The translations under genes and the position numbers were made by a program. From an uncultured Bacteroidales bacterium (lineage in GTDB: Bacteria > Bacteroidota > Bacteroidia > Bacteroidales > VadinHA17): a stretch of 64,000 nt of DNA. Of the stretch, positions 8,975 to 20,175 are shown in pieces. The stretch covers positions 131,798 to 195,797 of the forward strand of contig CAVPCP010000014.1 of assembly GCA_963702415.1 (NCBI GenBank), read 5' to 3'. The notes under the pieces were generated by a model. The model saw only the letters and a program-made list of their open reading frames with translations. It did not search any database and was not told the origin of the DNA. The stretch's first letter is position 1; every line of letters starts with the position of its first letter.

Positions 8975-11709
8975 TCAATTAAGCCTGAGAGTAAACCTTA
9001 CTCCGAAGCTTTTGTATTTAAAATCATCAAATCCAACATAAATTCCCGCTTTTCCAAGCAGGAATATCTCACTAAGACCATAACCTAATCTCAAAATAGT
9101 TGCTGTGAAACCGTGATCCGAGATATGAAAGAGACAGATTTTCGCGTATCAGGGTTTTGCTTAAGCCAGGTAAGAGCTTAAGAAGAAGATATGGCGTGGT
9201 ATATCTGAGATGAACCTCTCCAAAGAATTCCGGTGAGCTTAATGAATAGTAGGCAGGCAGCATAAAGGCATCTTCATACTCATCGAGCATTAAATATATG
9301 GGCTGTGAATTGTAATGGAAGAAATCGAAGAATGATACATTATTTTTACCTGCAAATCCGCCTGTCCTGAATTTCCAGCTGAATTCACTGAATGCTCCTG
9401 TTTCGAGTCTTTGCGATGCTTCGAACCTGAACATATCAAAATGCATATAATCATCTGATAACGTGGGAACATTTGTCGCCCCATGCTTCCATGTAAAGCT
9501 GAAGGTTGGCCAGTCTGATCCCTGGGGAACTTTGTTACCGTTATAGATCCTGTACTTCTGATATGGAGTAAATGTAACATTTGTTACAAATTCGAGATAT
9601 TTCTGGTCATCCAGGGAATTCAAGGCATCTGAACCTGGCACAAGGTATTCGTTATCCGGAATATTGTCGGTGTATTCCCGTTCAGTATTAATCAGAGAGA
9701 ATGAAGTGTTGTTCCCAAGCACTTTCCGGTTGTCCATCCCGGCGCTGAATTCCAGTTTCAAACCGTTAATGATTTCAGTTTCATATCCAATCGTCAAAAA
9801 ACGGGTTTCATAAAGTTTCAGATAATTCTTTTCCAGCAACAGGGATGTTATGCTGTTGATAAGCGGATTTATCCCTCCTCCTGTGTTAAAATCTTTACTT
9901 ATCATGCCGGTCCGTACATATAACTGCCATGGCTTCATTCCTCCTGTGGCATAGTTCGCATTAATCCTCCACATAATCCTCTCCCTGCTGAAAGCATAAC
10001 GTAAGTCAGGATAAAATGACAGGCTCCTGTGATTCTCAAATCTTTTATTGATTCTGAAGTTTATTCCATAAACTAATCCGTCTACAGTATTGAAATTCAG
10101 ATTTTTCAGATCTATGAGGCCCTCGTTGGTGAAACTGAATCCAGTCGTATCCGACCAGGTATGACCCATCAGAATATGTTTAAGTGTACTTTCTGACCAG
10201 CTTTTCTTTTCCGTTTTACCCGGTGCTATAGTATCTGTCCGGATTCCAACTATTTCAGCCTTCAGGCTGTCGCTTACCGCCAGGCTCCTCACATCAATAT
10301 CCGACAGCGGGATCGGCCTTATTTCTGACCAGTAAATACTGTCCTTTTTCCCGGCGTCCTTCTCCACAATTTTAGTCGTATTATCTTTAATCTCAAGGCT
10401 TTTTTTTACGCTGTCGCTTTGACTGTTTTTGGATTCTTTATCCATGAGCCTTGCGAGTTTGACCATATCGCGGTTGGTCAGCTCATCTTTCTGAAGGATT
10501 TTGTTGATATCCTTTTTTGTTTTTGTCATTAGCTGTGTCCGGATCATACCTGTCTGCATAACCTGAAGCAATATCCCCTGGTTTCTGAAGCTTGTCGTTT
10601 GTTTTCACATCCAGATATTTCACCGAACTGACATAGCCTGCATCAGCCCTGAGACCAATTATTTGAAGATTGAAATCAAACTGGTGGCTTACCGGCATCC
10701 AGACCTCCTCGCTGACAGGAATATACAATTCCCTGACCCTGATCTTCCCTGCAAGGTTCTCATTTGTAAGGTCAACACTGTGAAGACACCACAGATCCTC
10801 GATTATATAAATTGTTCCTGAAAAAAGCTGCTGGCTTTTGCGTTTTGGTATTACCTCAATCTTATTGATAGTAAAATTTCCCTGGAATGAGGCTCCCAGG
10901 TATCTGAAATTATAATGGCTGAAAGCCTGGGGGGAAAGGGGTGAAATAGCCATATCAGCAATTACTGGCTGGTAGAAGCTTGCATTGATATATTCCATCG
11001 GAGAGACACTGTTTCCCTGCTCCGGAAAAGTGCTGTTAAAGGAAATGATCCTCTGAACATATTTGTCAGGTGCAGTAAACTCTATTTCGTTGAATGATTC
11101 CATCAGAAACGAATCACCCTCTTTAATGACACGGGAACCACTTTCAGGCTTTCCTCCTGCCGAAACTGAGACATTTTCATCTGAACTGCTCATTCGCATT
11201 GATTTCTGTAAAAGCCTGGGGATCTTGTTCATCAGAAGGTTACCCTTCAGATATACCTCTGCTTTATAATAATTTATATAATTCAGGTAGTAGGGAGCCA
11301 GCCCGATAGCCCTTCTCATTATAGCAATTGCAGGATCTTCACCTGATGGTGAAATTCTTACTTCAGGGATTTCATAGACCTGCTCAGGAAGTGTAATATC
11401 GCGGATAACAACGTCATCTGAAATAGTAATGGTTTCAATTAAAGGTTCATAGCCAAGGCTCTGAAATATGACCATATAGGTTCCTGGTGAGAGCCTGATT
11501 TCATAATCGCCTTTTGTATTGGAAGTTGTTCCCTGTTTTAATTCCTGAATATAAACTGTGGCATATTGAACAGGCACCCCTGATTTATCAAGGATCTTTC
11601 CCTTCATAACCTGTGCTTCTGTTTGCTTATAAGTTGCAGTCAGCAGGAAGATTATCCCGAACACAACCTTCAGACTCTTAAAAAAGAATTGTGTGGCTGA
11701 TCTGGTCAT
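8975..11709 (-). pseudogene. Carboxypeptidase-regulatory-like domain + DUF5686-type outer-membrane protein, at least 2 frameshifts
   Basis: ORF 10483..11709: signal peptide + CarboxypepD_reg-like KGKILDKSGVPVQYATVYIQ..GDYEIRLSPGTYMVIFQSLGYEP. ORF 9072..10571 continues it, with the shift at the T6 run 10513-10518. A third frame gives the C-terminus GYGLSEIFLLGKAGIYVGFDDFKYKSFGVRFTLRLN* ending at 8975, with the shift near 9080-9088. Confidence 0.7.
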
Positions 11710-12380
11710 GATTTTTTACCGGCAACAACTATGACTATTTCCCCCTTTGGGGCATGTGATTTATAATGGTCTGAAAGAAACATTAAAGAGCCCCTTATAT
11801 TCTCCTCGAAGATTTTAGTCAGCTCCCTTGAGACACAGGCTTCACGTTCAGGACCAAAAAAAGGAATCATGTCGTCAAGTGTTTTAACAAGCCTGTACGG
11901 AGATTCATAAAATACCATGGTCCTTTGTTCTCCGGCTAAACCGGTGAGCCTTTTATTTCTTCCTTTTTTTGGAGGGAGGAAGCCCTCAAAACAAAATCTT
12001 TCACATGGGAGGCCTGAATTTACAAGTGCGGGAATCAGTGCAACCGGCCCCGGAAGAGTCTCGGTAACAATCCCTTTTTCAATGCAGCTCCTTACCAGCA
12101 GAAACCCGGGATCTGATATTCCCGGGGTTCCCGCATCGGAGATTAAAGCAACTGTTGTGCCGGAAAGGATCCTTGAACAGACTGCCTCTACTCTCTTATG
12201 TTCATTGAACATATGATGCGACTCGACCGGTGTCGTTATATTGTAATGATTCAGCAGTTTCCTTGCCTGCCTTGTATCTTCGGCGAGTATCAGTTCAACG
12301 CTTCCCAGGACTTCCACAGCCCTGTAAGTGATATCCCTCAGGTTTCCTATTGGCGTTGGAACCAGGAAAAGTCTACTCAT
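11706..12380 (-). CDS. rsmI: 16S rRNA (cytidine1402-2'-O)-methyltransferase
   Basis: LFLVPTPIGNLRDITYRAVEVL..ILAEDTR and ISDAGTPGISDPG motifs typical of RsmI. Confidence 0.9.
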   Translation of the reverse strand: MSRLFLVPTPIGNLRDITYRAVEVLGSVELILAEDTRQARKLLNHYNITTPVESHHMFNEHKRVEAVCSRILSGTTVALISDAGTPGISDPGFLLVRSCIEKGIVTETLPGPVALIPALVNSGLPCERFCFEGFLPPKKGRNKRLTGLAGEQRTMVFYESPYRLVKTLDDMIPFFGPEREACVSRELTKIFEENIRGSLMFLSDHYKSHAPKGEIVIVVAGKKS

Positions 12381-13071
12381 TGGTAGGGAACTTACGTTTT
12401 ATCAGATCGAGTAGCTGCTTCACAGCCATATTTGAAGTATTGTCTCCTGTATAACTCATTATTACTGCCATGGCATCGGGAAGATTTCCGACTGATTCCA
12501 GCTTACTGATCGCCTGATTGTACGACTCATGGTTCCCGTTGAATATCTCCCTTATAAAATGGAACTTATCATTGATCCCGATAGCTTTATCAAGACTTGA
12601 AAGCGGTTTTGACTTAAGGACTTCAAAAACATCATCGTCATGCTTCCGGGCCCTCAGTTCATTATAGCTTTCGGGTCTGTTTGTAAACTGATCGGCAATA
12701 ATTGCTGATTCGGCATGCTTCTTTGTAATGGGTGCCGGTTCTTCCTTTTTCAGGGGAGGGGTCTCCGGTATGTGATGTTCTATAACTGCTTCAGGAGTAT
12801 TCACTGGGGCAGGTGGAACATAATCCTGATTACCGGCAGGTTTTTCCTGGAGAATCTCTTCCTTAATAATGATTTTTTCCTCTTTGACAGAAGAAGGTTT
12901 AACCACCTGATTTTTCAGAAGAGCAATAACTTCTGAAGCACTTTTGCACTTTGATTTCGCCAGTTCAACCTGCAACTCAGGTACACCGGGATATCCCTTC
13001 AGGTCATCGATGATTTCCCTTGCTTCATTGAGGTCCTTAATAATTATATCAATCGCTGCATTTAAATCCAT
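12373..13071 (-). CDS. Hypothetical protein (conserved-looking, function unknown)
   Basis: 232 aa. Helical N-terminus, Pro/Glu/Lys-rich linker, C-terminal ..LDKAIGINDKFHFIREIFNGNHESYNQAI.. Overlaps the rsmI start by 8 nt (translational coupling). Confidence 0.6.
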   Translation of the reverse strand: MDLNAAIDIIIKDLNEAREIIDDLKGYPGVPELQVELAKSKCKSASEVIALLKNQVVKPSSVKEEKIIIKEEILQEKPAGNQDYVPPAPVNTPEAVIEHHIPETPPLKKEEPAPITKKHAESAIIADQFTNRPESYNELRARKHDDDVFEVLKSKPLSSLDKAIGINDKFHFIREIFNGNHESYNQAISKLESVGNLPDAMAVIMSYTGDNTSNMAVKQLLDLIKRKFPTNE

Positions 13072-13187
13072 GCTTTCCCTTATATTAATAACAAACCATT
13101 TTTCTTACTTTGCAAAAGTAAATATTATTATATAAGTCTAACGGAATTAGGCTACATTTAGCATTTAGCGGGTATTAATAGTTGGTA

Positions 13188-13772
13188 ATGGATTTTCTTG
13201 AAAATACAGGAAGGATCATCGCGAAACGGGGATCAATTGAGATCATAACAGGGTCCATGTTTTCGGGGAAGACCGAAGAGCTCATCAGAAGGTTAAGGAG
13301 GGCTCAGTTTGCAGGTCTTAAGGTTGAGATATTCAAACCAGCACTCGACAACCGTTATTCCGGAACCAGTGTTGTTTCACATGACCAGAAATCAATAATA
13401 TCAACCCCGGTCGATAATGCATCTGCTATCCTGCTTTATGCCGGAGATGTAGATGTAGTAGGTATCGATGAAGCACAGTTTTTTGATAATTCAATAATTG
13501 AAGTCTGTAATAAACTGGCTGATAGTGGAGTGAGGGTTCTTGTGGCGGGGCTGGATATGGATTTTATGGGAAATCCTTTTGGCCCGATTCCCGCACTTCT
13601 TTCTATTGCAGAATATATTACCAAGGTTCATGCAATTTGCATGCGATGCGGCAGCCTTGCTCAGTATTCTTATCGCAAGTCGGAGGAATCCCAGGTGGTG
13701 GTTCTTGGAGAGAAAGATAAATATGAACCCCTTTGCAGAAGTTGTTTCAATAAAGCGTTAAAAAAAGATTAA
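13188..13772 (+). CDS. tdk: Thymidine kinase
   Basis: P-loop [23 protein letters not shown], and C-terminal Zn ribbon CMRCG..CRSC. Confidence 0.92.
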   Translation: MDFLENTGRIIAKRGSIEIITGSMFSGKTEELIRRLRRAQFAGLKVEIFKPALDNRYSGTSVVSHDQKSIISTPVDNASAILLYAGDVDVVGIDEAQFFDNSIIEVCNKLADSGVRVLVAGLDMDFMGNPFGPIPALLSIAEYITKVHAICMRCGSLAQYSYRKSEESQVVVLGEKDKYEPLCRSCFNKALKKD

Positions 13773-13773
13773 G

Positions 13774-16236
13774 GTGAATTTTACTACTGCAGATATTGCA
13801 GGAATAACAAACGGCGCTCTTACCGGTCCGCCTGATATTTTCGTTTCAGAGCTTGTAACCGACAGCCGTCAGGTAAGCTTTGCTGAGCATGCTGCTTTTG
13901 TTGCCATCAGAGGAATTAACCACGACGGTCATAATTACATCGGCGCTCTTTACCGGAAAGGCGTAAAAGTATTCATTGTTGAAAAACTGCCAGAAGAGCT
14001 TACTATTTATGAGGATGCCGCTTTTATTTTAACAGACGATGCAATTAATGCTCTTCAGCTTCTGGCTGCTTCAAAAAGGGCAGCTTTTAAATCAACAGTT
14101 ATTGCTGTTACCGGAAGCGCAGGAAAAACAATTGTCAAAGAGTGGCTTGCTGATATACTTGGCAGAAGTTATCCGGTTTTGAGAAGCCCGAAAAGTTATA
14201 ATTCCCAGGTTGGTGTTCCGCTTTCAGTCTGGAAGCTTGAAGAAAAATATAAATTCGGAATTTTTGAAGCAGGGATCTCTTTACCCGGAGAAATGGAAAA
14301 ACTCCGCCGGGTTATAAATCCTGATATAGGCATTATTACCAATATAGGTGATGCCCACAATGAAAATTTCCGCGACAATGAAGAAAAAGCACGGGAAAAA
14401 TTAAAATTGTTTGTAAATACTTCAATGATAATATATTGCGGCGATCAGCAGCTGGTTGCCGATTTAATTCTTAAAGATTCCAATCTTAAAAGTAAAGAGC
14501 TGTTTGACTGGTCGTTTATAAACCCGGGGGCAAGAGTCTTTGTAAAAAAGAAATCATCGGATAAAAGCAGTACGATACTGCAGATCACTTTTAATAATTT
14601 CACATGCGATTTTGAGATCCCGTTCAGCGACCGTGCTTCAATAGAGAATGCAATTACTGTTGCCGCCACATGCCTGGCTCAGGGAATGGATTTAACCATT
14701 ATCAGAGAAGGCCTTTCTCAGCTTGTTTCTGTTGCTATGAGAATGGAGATGAAGAACGGGATAAACAACTGCCAGCTTATTGAGGATTTTTATAACTCCG
14801 ATCCGGGTTCTCTGGGAATGGCAATTGAATTCTTAAGGTCGCAAAGCAACAGGAAAACGACTCTCATCCTTTCAGATTTTGTTCAGATCGGACGCGATGA
14901 AAAGGAACTTTATGGTGAAGTTGCGGATCTTGTAAGGAGAACGGGAATAGACAAATTCATTGGAATAGGAGAGGTGCTGATGAGAAACAGTTCGTATTTT
15001 GACGATGATGCCTCCTTCTATTATTCGACTGATGATTTTATTCACAGCTTCAATAGTCAGGAATTCAGGAACGAGGTAATCCTGTTAAAGGGAGCAAGAG
15101 TATTTGAGCTTGAGAAGATCGGGAAACTGCTTGAACAGCAGGTTCATAATACAGTACTGGAAATAAACCTTGATGCCATTTCTCATAATCTCAATGAGTT
15201 CAGGAAGTATCTCAACCCTGAAACACGGATTATGGCAATGGTAAAAGCATTCGCTTATGGAGCAGGTTCGGCTGAGATAGCTGCATTGCTTGAGTATCAC
15301 CGCGTTAGTTATCTGGGTGTTGCATATTCTGACGAGGGTGTTGACCTTAGGAAAGCGGGGGTAACAATGCCGGTAATGGTAATGAGCCCCGACCTCTCTT
15401 CCTCCGATGTCATAATTCAGAATAATCTTGAACCGGAAATTTACAGTTTTCCTTCACTTGAAAGGTTTGCCGAAACTGCTTCAAAACATGGACTATATAA
15501 TTATCCCATTCACCTGAAGATTGATACCGGCATGCACCGCCTTGGATTTATGCCTGATGAGATTGATGAACTGATTTCAAGAATAAAAGGACTCTCCTGT
15601 TTAAAGGTGATATCTGTATTTTCCCATCTTGCGGCAAGTGAAGATCCGGCATTCGACAACTTTACATTACAGCAGGTCAGACTGTTCTCTTCAGTTGCAG
15701 GGAAAATAAGAGAGGCTTTGGGATATTCATTTCTCAGGCATATTCTTAACACATCGGGAATAGTGCGTTTCCCGCAGTACCAGTTCGAAATGGTCAGACC
15801 AGGAATCGGTATTTACGGAGTTGGTACCCTTGAAGGGATGCCCCTGCGTCCGGTGAGCCGCTTTAAAACAAGGATTTCTCAGGTAAAATCAATTCCGGCG
15901 GGAGAACCGGTGGGATACGGTTGCTCAGACGTATCCGATACTGAACGCACCATTGCCATCCTTCCTGTCGGGTATGCAGACGGACTTGACAGGAAAACTG
16001 GCAACAGGAAGGGAAATCTTTTTATTAAGGGGCTGAAAGTACCTCTTATAGGAAATATCTGCATGGATATTTGCATGGCTGATGTGACTGGCCTTAATGC
16101 ACGGGAGGGAGATGATGCAGAAATATTCGGCGAGAATATTTCAATTAACGAGCTTGCAAGGCAATGCGATACCATTCCCTACGAAATCCTGACCTCGATC
16201 CCGGGACGGGTAAAAAGAGTATTCTACAGGGAATGA
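13774..16236 (+). CDS. Bifunctional UDP-MurNAc-tripeptide--D-Ala-D-Ala ligase (MurF) / alanine racemase (Alr)
   Basis: 820 aa. N-terminal Mur ligase (VTGSAGKTIVKEW, TNIGDAHNENF). C-terminal PLP racemase (MAMVKAFAYGAG.., PVGYADG). GTG start 1 nt after the tdk stop. Confidence 0.88.
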   Translation: MNFTTADIAGITNGALTGPPDIFVSELVTDSRQVSFAEHAAFVAIRGINHDGHNYIGALYRKGVKVFIVEKLPEELTIYEDAAFILTDDAINALQLLAASKRAAFKSTVIAVTGSAGKTIVKEWLADILGRSYPVLRSPKSYNSQVGVPLSVWKLEEKYKFGIFEAGISLPGEMEKLRRVINPDIGIITNIGDAHNENFRDNEEKAREKLKLFVNTSMIIYCGDQQLVADLILKDSNLKSKELFDWSFINPGARVFVKKKSSDKSSTILQITFNNFTCDFEIPFSDRASIENAITVAATCLAQGMDLTIIREGLSQLVSVAMRMEMKNGINNCQLIEDFYNSDPGSLGMAIEFLRSQSNRKTTLILSDFVQIGRDEKELYGEVADLVRRTGIDKFIGIGEVLMRNSSYFDDDASFYYSTDDFIHSFNSQEFRNEVILLKGARVFELEKIGKLLEQQVHNTVLEINLDAISHNLNEFRKYLNPETRIMAMVKAFAYGAGSAEIAALLEYHRVSYLGVAYSDEGVDLRKAGVTMPVMVMSPDLSSSDVIIQNNLEPEIYSFPSLERFAETASKHGLYNYPIHLKIDTGMHRLGFMPDEIDELISRIKGLSCLKVISVFSHLAASEDPAFDNFTLQQVRLFSSVAGKIREALGYSFLRHILNTSGIVRFPQYQFEMVRPGIGIYGVGTLEGMPLRPVSRFKTRISQVKSIPAGEPVGYGCSDVSDTERTIAILPVGYADGLDRKTGNRKGNLFIKGLKVPLIGNICMDICMADVTGLNAREGDDAEIFGENISINELARQCDTIPYEILTSIPGRVKRVFYRE

Positions 16237-16243
16237 TTTAATT

Positions 16244-16948
16244 TCACTGGCCTGATTCGCTTATTTTCTCAAGCCTGTCAGAATTCAGAATTATTATTTT
16301 CCTTCCCGCTGTATCCAGTATCTTTTCCGAAACCAGACCTGACAAAGTACGGATAGCATTTGAAGTGGTCATATTGGAAAGATGAGCAAGGTCCTCCCTT
16401 GAGATCACTACTCTCAGAGTCCTGCCATCTGCTTCTACCCCGTAAGTGTCGCGAAGCAGGAGAACGGATTCAGCAACCCTTCCTCTTACATGTTTCTGAG
16501 TCAGCGATACCAACCTGTTGTTTGAAAACAAAAGGTCATCTGACATGGCTTTCATAAATCTGACTGCCATTTCAGCATTCTGTTTGAGTATTTTGTTCAG
16601 AATATTCCTTTCAAAGACGACTACCGCTGATTCTTCAATGGCAACCGCAGAAAAAATGGAGTTGTTATCTGAAAATAGCGGCCTGTAGCTTATGAAATTC
16701 AAAGGCCGCAGCATTTTTATTATCTGCTCCCTGTTCCCTGCACCAATCCGGAAGACTTTTGCTTTGCCGGATGCCAGACAAACAGGGGCCCTCAGTTTAC
16801 TGTCCGGGCCCTCAATAATTTCACCCTTACTGAAATTAATTACCTGGTGATGATGATCAAGTAACTCTTTTTCCTCCTGGCTTAATCCCCTGAGAATCGA
16901 TGAAGCTCCTTCGATACAAAGTTCAATATATGGGTCCTTAAACTGCAT
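16244..16948 (-). CDS. Crp/Fnr family transcriptional regulator
   Basis: N-terminal cNMP-binding beta-barrel and C-terminal HTH (ISREDLAHLSNMTTSNAIRTLSGL). Confidence 0.85.
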   Translation of the reverse strand: MQFKDPYIELCIEGASSILRGLSQEEKELLDHHHQVINFSKGEIIEGPDSKLRAPVCLASGKAKVFRIGAGNREQIIKMLRPLNFISYRPLFSDNNSIFSAVAIEESAVVVFERNILNKILKQNAEMAVRFMKAMSDDLLFSNNRLVSLTQKHVRGRVAESVLLLRDTYGVEADGRTLRVVISREDLAHLSNMTTSNAIRTLSGLVSEKILDTAGRKIIILNSDRLEKISESGQ

Positions 16949-16962
16949 ATTATTGTATCAGA

Positions 16963-18615
16963 TTAGTATTCTGCCACAATCGGCATTTTCCTTCCGTCAC
17001 CGAATGCCTTTGAAGATATCCTCAATACAGGAGGTGCCTGATATCTTTTATATTCATTATAATTAATAAGCCGGAGCACTCTCTCAATTTCAGGTTTGTC
17101 AAATCCCTCAAGCTTTATTTCATCAGCCGGCTTTTGCATTTCGATATACTGGTAAAGGATTGAATCGAGTATATGGTATTGGGGAAGCGAATCGCTGTCA
17201 AGCTGATCGGGCCTTAATTCAGCAGAAGGCGGCTTAAGGATTATATTCCCGGGAATTATTTCATGATCCCTGTTTATGTAACGGGCCAGTTTATATACAT
17301 CCGTCTTGTACACGTCACCAATTACCGACAAGCCTCCGGCCATATCGCCGTACAGTGTGCCATAGCCCACTGCAGCTTCGCTCTTGTTGGATGTGTTTAA
17401 CAGGATATATCCGAATTTATTTGCAAATGCCATAAGCAGGATTGCCCTGCTCCTGGCCTGCATATTCTCCTCAGTGACATCACTTTTTATGCCTTTGAAA
17501 TAAGGGAGGAGTATCTCTTCAAATGCGCTGAATGGTTTTTCAATACTTATAACTTCATGGTCAGCCCTGATATTCTCAGCCAGCGCAATAGAATCGGAAA
17601 GGGAGTGATCTGATGAATATCTTGAAGGCATCAGCAGGGCCAGTACATTCTGATGGCCCAGAGCCTTTGCTGCAAGACAGATGCAGACTGCCGAATCAAT
17701 TCCGCCTGACAGCCCGATTATGCATTTTTTAAAACCTGTTTTTGCAAAATAATCGCGTATGCCTGTAACCAGTGCTTTATGAACAAGTGAAATTGGTTCA
17801 TAAACCGGTTCCTTGTAAGTGGAGGCCCCGGTCATTATTTCCTCAAGGGAAAATGTTTCAACAGCCTCCTCAAAATACCCCAGCTGCCGGTATATTTTCC
17901 CTTCGCCGTTAATAACAAGTGACGCACCATCAAATATCAGCTCTGTATTAGCACCTGTCTGATTTGCAGTAATTACAGGGATCCTGTGTTTAAGTGCTTT
18001 TGATGTGAAAATGTTTTTTTTAGCCTCTACTTTTGAATATGAAAATGGTGAAGCCGAAATATTAATTATCAGATCGGGATTATACCTTGAGAGTGCATCC
18101 ATTGGGGAAACTGTATACAACCTCGATTTTTCAAACTTGTTGTCAAATGGTTGTTCATCCCAGAGATCCTCACAGATCGTCAGCGCAATTTTTATCCCTT
18201 TGATTGTGAAAATGGAGAAATTCTTTTCAGGTTCAAAATAGCGGTACTCATCAAATATATCATAAGTAGGCAGAAGTGCTTTGTTAGTTTTAAAAATGAT
18301 TTTACCCTCGGAAAGTACAAGTGCAGAGTTATAAAGTTTTTTGCCCTCCCGGTCCGCATTGAAAGTGGGAGAGCCCACTATTGTAGTAATACCTGTACTG
18401 ATAGAGGCAATTTCATTGACTGTATCGTCGCACTTTTTAATAAAATCAACCCTGTCGAGCAGATCAAGAGGAGGATATCCGGGAATGCAAAGCTCTGAAA
18501 ATATTACCAGGTCCGATCCGTCTGCTTTTGCCTGGCTTATTGCTTTGGAGATAAGATTCTTATTTCCTGCAAAGTCCCCGATTTTATAGTTTAACTGGGC
18601 GATAGAGATTTTCAT
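16963..18615 (-). CDS. nadE: Glutamine-dependent NAD+ synthetase
   Basis: 550 aa. N-terminal CN-hydrolase domain (FSELCIPGYPP, ICEDLW) + C-terminal NAD synthase (GLSGGIDSAV). Confidence 0.92.
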   Translation of the reverse strand: MKISIAQLNYKIGDFAGNKNLISKAISQAKADGSDLVIFSELCIPGYPPLDLLDRVDFIKKCDDTVNEIASISTGITTIVGSPTFNADREGKKLYNSALVLSEGKIIFKTNKALLPTYDIFDEYRYFEPEKNFSIFTIKGIKIALTICEDLWDEQPFDNKFEKSRLYTVSPMDALSRYNPDLIINISASPFSYSKVEAKKNIFTSKALKHRIPVITANQTGANTELIFDGASLVINGEGKIYRQLGYFEEAVETFSLEEIMTGASTYKEPVYEPISLVHKALVTGIRDYFAKTGFKKCIIGLSGGIDSAVCICLAAKALGHQNVLALLMPSRYSSDHSLSDSIALAENIRADHEVISIEKPFSAFEEILLPYFKGIKSDVTEENMQARSRAILLMAFANKFGYILLNTSNKSEAAVGYGTLYGDMAGGLSVIGDVYKTDVYKLARYINRDHEIIPGNIILKPPSAELRPDQLDSDSLPQYHILDSILYQYIEMQKPADEIKLEGFDKPEIERVLRLINYNEYKRYQAPPVLRISSKAFGDGRKMPIVAEY

Positions 18616-18768
18616 AGTTTATTCGTCAGAAATTGATTATGGATACTATATCCGTAGCCGCGATCAAAACAGCCCAAAATTAGTAAATAATAAGAGATGT
18701 AACAGAACCGTTTATATTTGTTGTTTTTAGAATAAAAGTTTCTATTTTAGATTTTTTTAGCGACTCTT

Positions 18769-19791
18769 ATGAAAATCAGATATCAGATCATAATATTCAT
18801 TTTACTTGTCATGCCGGCTTTTGCCTCCTGTAAAAGGAATCCGTATAAAGTCAGAACCGGGTCGATCAGGGCTGATATTGAAATTAAAAGGCTTGAGCAG
18901 GACCTTTTCAGTTTAAATCCTGAAGAAATTGCCGGAAGGGTGCCTGAATTGAAAAATAAATATGGCAGTTTTCTTCAGCTTTTCAGCTATGTTATTAATA
19001 CAGGCGATATTAGTGAGCCTTCGTTTGGAGATTTTCTGACACGATTTTGCACCGACAGGCAGAACAACGAGGTGTATCGTCTGACTATGGACATCTTTCC
19101 TGAGCTTGGCTCAGTCGGGAAGGGGATGGAGGATGCATTCCGGCATTATTTGTATTATTTCCCTGACAGGTTTGTCCCCGGGGTTTTTTCATGTATCACC
19201 GGATTTAATAGCAGTATTATAACAGGAGATTCAGTACTTGGAATAGGACTTGACAGGTATCTGGGATCTGATTGCGAATACTATCCCAGGCTTCAAATAT
19301 ACAGCTATATGTCGGCACGGATGACCCCTGAATATATTGTACCAGACTGCATTTATGCCTGGGGAGCATCGGAATGGGATTTCGCTTCCATGAACTACCC
19401 CGACGACAATGTGCTTGCAGAAATGATCCATGAAGGGAAACTTAAATACTTTGAAAAGTGCATGCTGCCGGACAACAATGATGAAATTATTTTTGGCTTT
19501 ACTTATGACCAGATGAAATTCTGCAGGAATAATGAAAGCCAGATGTGGCAATATATGATTGAAAACGACCTGGTTTTTAAAACAGACCAATTTATTATCC
19601 GGAAACTTATTGGCGATGGTCCTTTTACAAGTTATTTTACCAATGAATCACCCGGGAGGGCAGCTGTATGGATTGGATTCAGAATAGTTGAATCCTATAT
19701 GAACAGAAACAGGGGAACAAGCCTTGAATCACTAATGAATGATATAAATATTCAGCAGATTCTTGAAAAGGCTAAATATGATCCTCAATAA
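18769..19791 (+). CDS. gldB: GldB-like gliding-motility lipoprotein
   Basis: Lipobox FASC at the N-terminus. The C-terminal ..NESPGRAAVWIGFRIVESYMNRN..ILEKAKYDPQ resembles GldB as I remember it. The divergent nadE neighbour is the arrangement I recall for Flavobacterium gldB. Assignment is from memory only. Confidence 0.7.
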   Translation: MKIRYQIIIFILLVMPAFASCKRNPYKVRTGSIRADIEIKRLEQDLFSLNPEEIAGRVPELKNKYGSFLQLFSYVINTGDISEPSFGDFLTRFCTDRQNNEVYRLTMDIFPELGSVGKGMEDAFRHYLYYFPDRFVPGVFSCITGFNSSIITGDSVLGIGLDRYLGSDCEYYPRLQIYSYMSARMTPEYIVPDCIYAWGASEWDFASMNYPDDNVLAEMIHEGKLKYFEKCMLPDNNDEIIFGFTYDQMKFCRNNESQMWQYMIENDLVFKTDQFIIRKLIGDGPFTSYFTNESPGRAAVWIGFRIVESYMNRNRGTSLESLMNDINIQQILEKAKYDPQ

Positions 19792-19793
19792 AA

Positions 19794-19814
19794 AAGGGGC
19801 TGATTAAGCCCCTT
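19794..19814. terminator. Bidirectional intrinsic terminator hairpin
   Basis: AAGGGGC-tgattaa-GCCCCTT, a 7-bp GC-rich stem flanked by an A-run upstream and a T-rich tract downstream, between convergent gldB and the ferredoxin gene. Confidence 0.7.
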
Positions 19815-19834
19815 CATTTCGTTTAGCTGCAAGA

Positions 19835-20005
19835 TTATTCAACCGGATGAATTGCCTCTACCGGGCAAACATCTGCGCAGGCACCGCAATCGGTGCATAC
19901 GTCCGGGTCAATTTTATAGATATCACCTTCAGATATTGCCTCAACAGGACACTCATCTATACATGTTCCGCAAGCTGTGCAATCATCATTAATTTTGTAA
20001 GCCAT
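19835..20005 (-). CDS. 4Fe-4S ferredoxin (2 x [4Fe-4S])
   Basis: 56 aa from MAYKINDDCTACGTCIDECPVEAI..CTDCGACADVCPVEAI, with two CxxCxxCxxxCP motifs. The upstream ORF extension was rejected. Confidence 0.88.
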   Translation of the reverse strand: MAYKINDDCTACGTCIDECPVEAISEGDIYKIDPDVCTDCGACADVCPVEAIHPVE

Positions 20006-20042
20006 TTCTATTATTTTTTGGTTAATTATTTTATCAATCGTA

Positions 20043-20050
20043 CAAACATA
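20043..20050 (-). promoter_or_regulatory. Candidate Bacteroidota -7 box (TATGTTTG) for the ferredoxin gene
   Basis: The minus strand reads TATGTTTG, matching TAnnTTTG, 38 nt upstream of the ATG at 20005. Confidence 0.35.
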
Positions 20051-20175
20051 TTCTAAATTTTTCAATTGAAAAAGAATCTTTGTAATAATTGCAAAATTTC
20101 TTTATTTCAGGTGCTGAAATACAAATATAATGCCAGGTCCTGACGGGATGTAAGAACATTTTAATTTTTCGGTTA

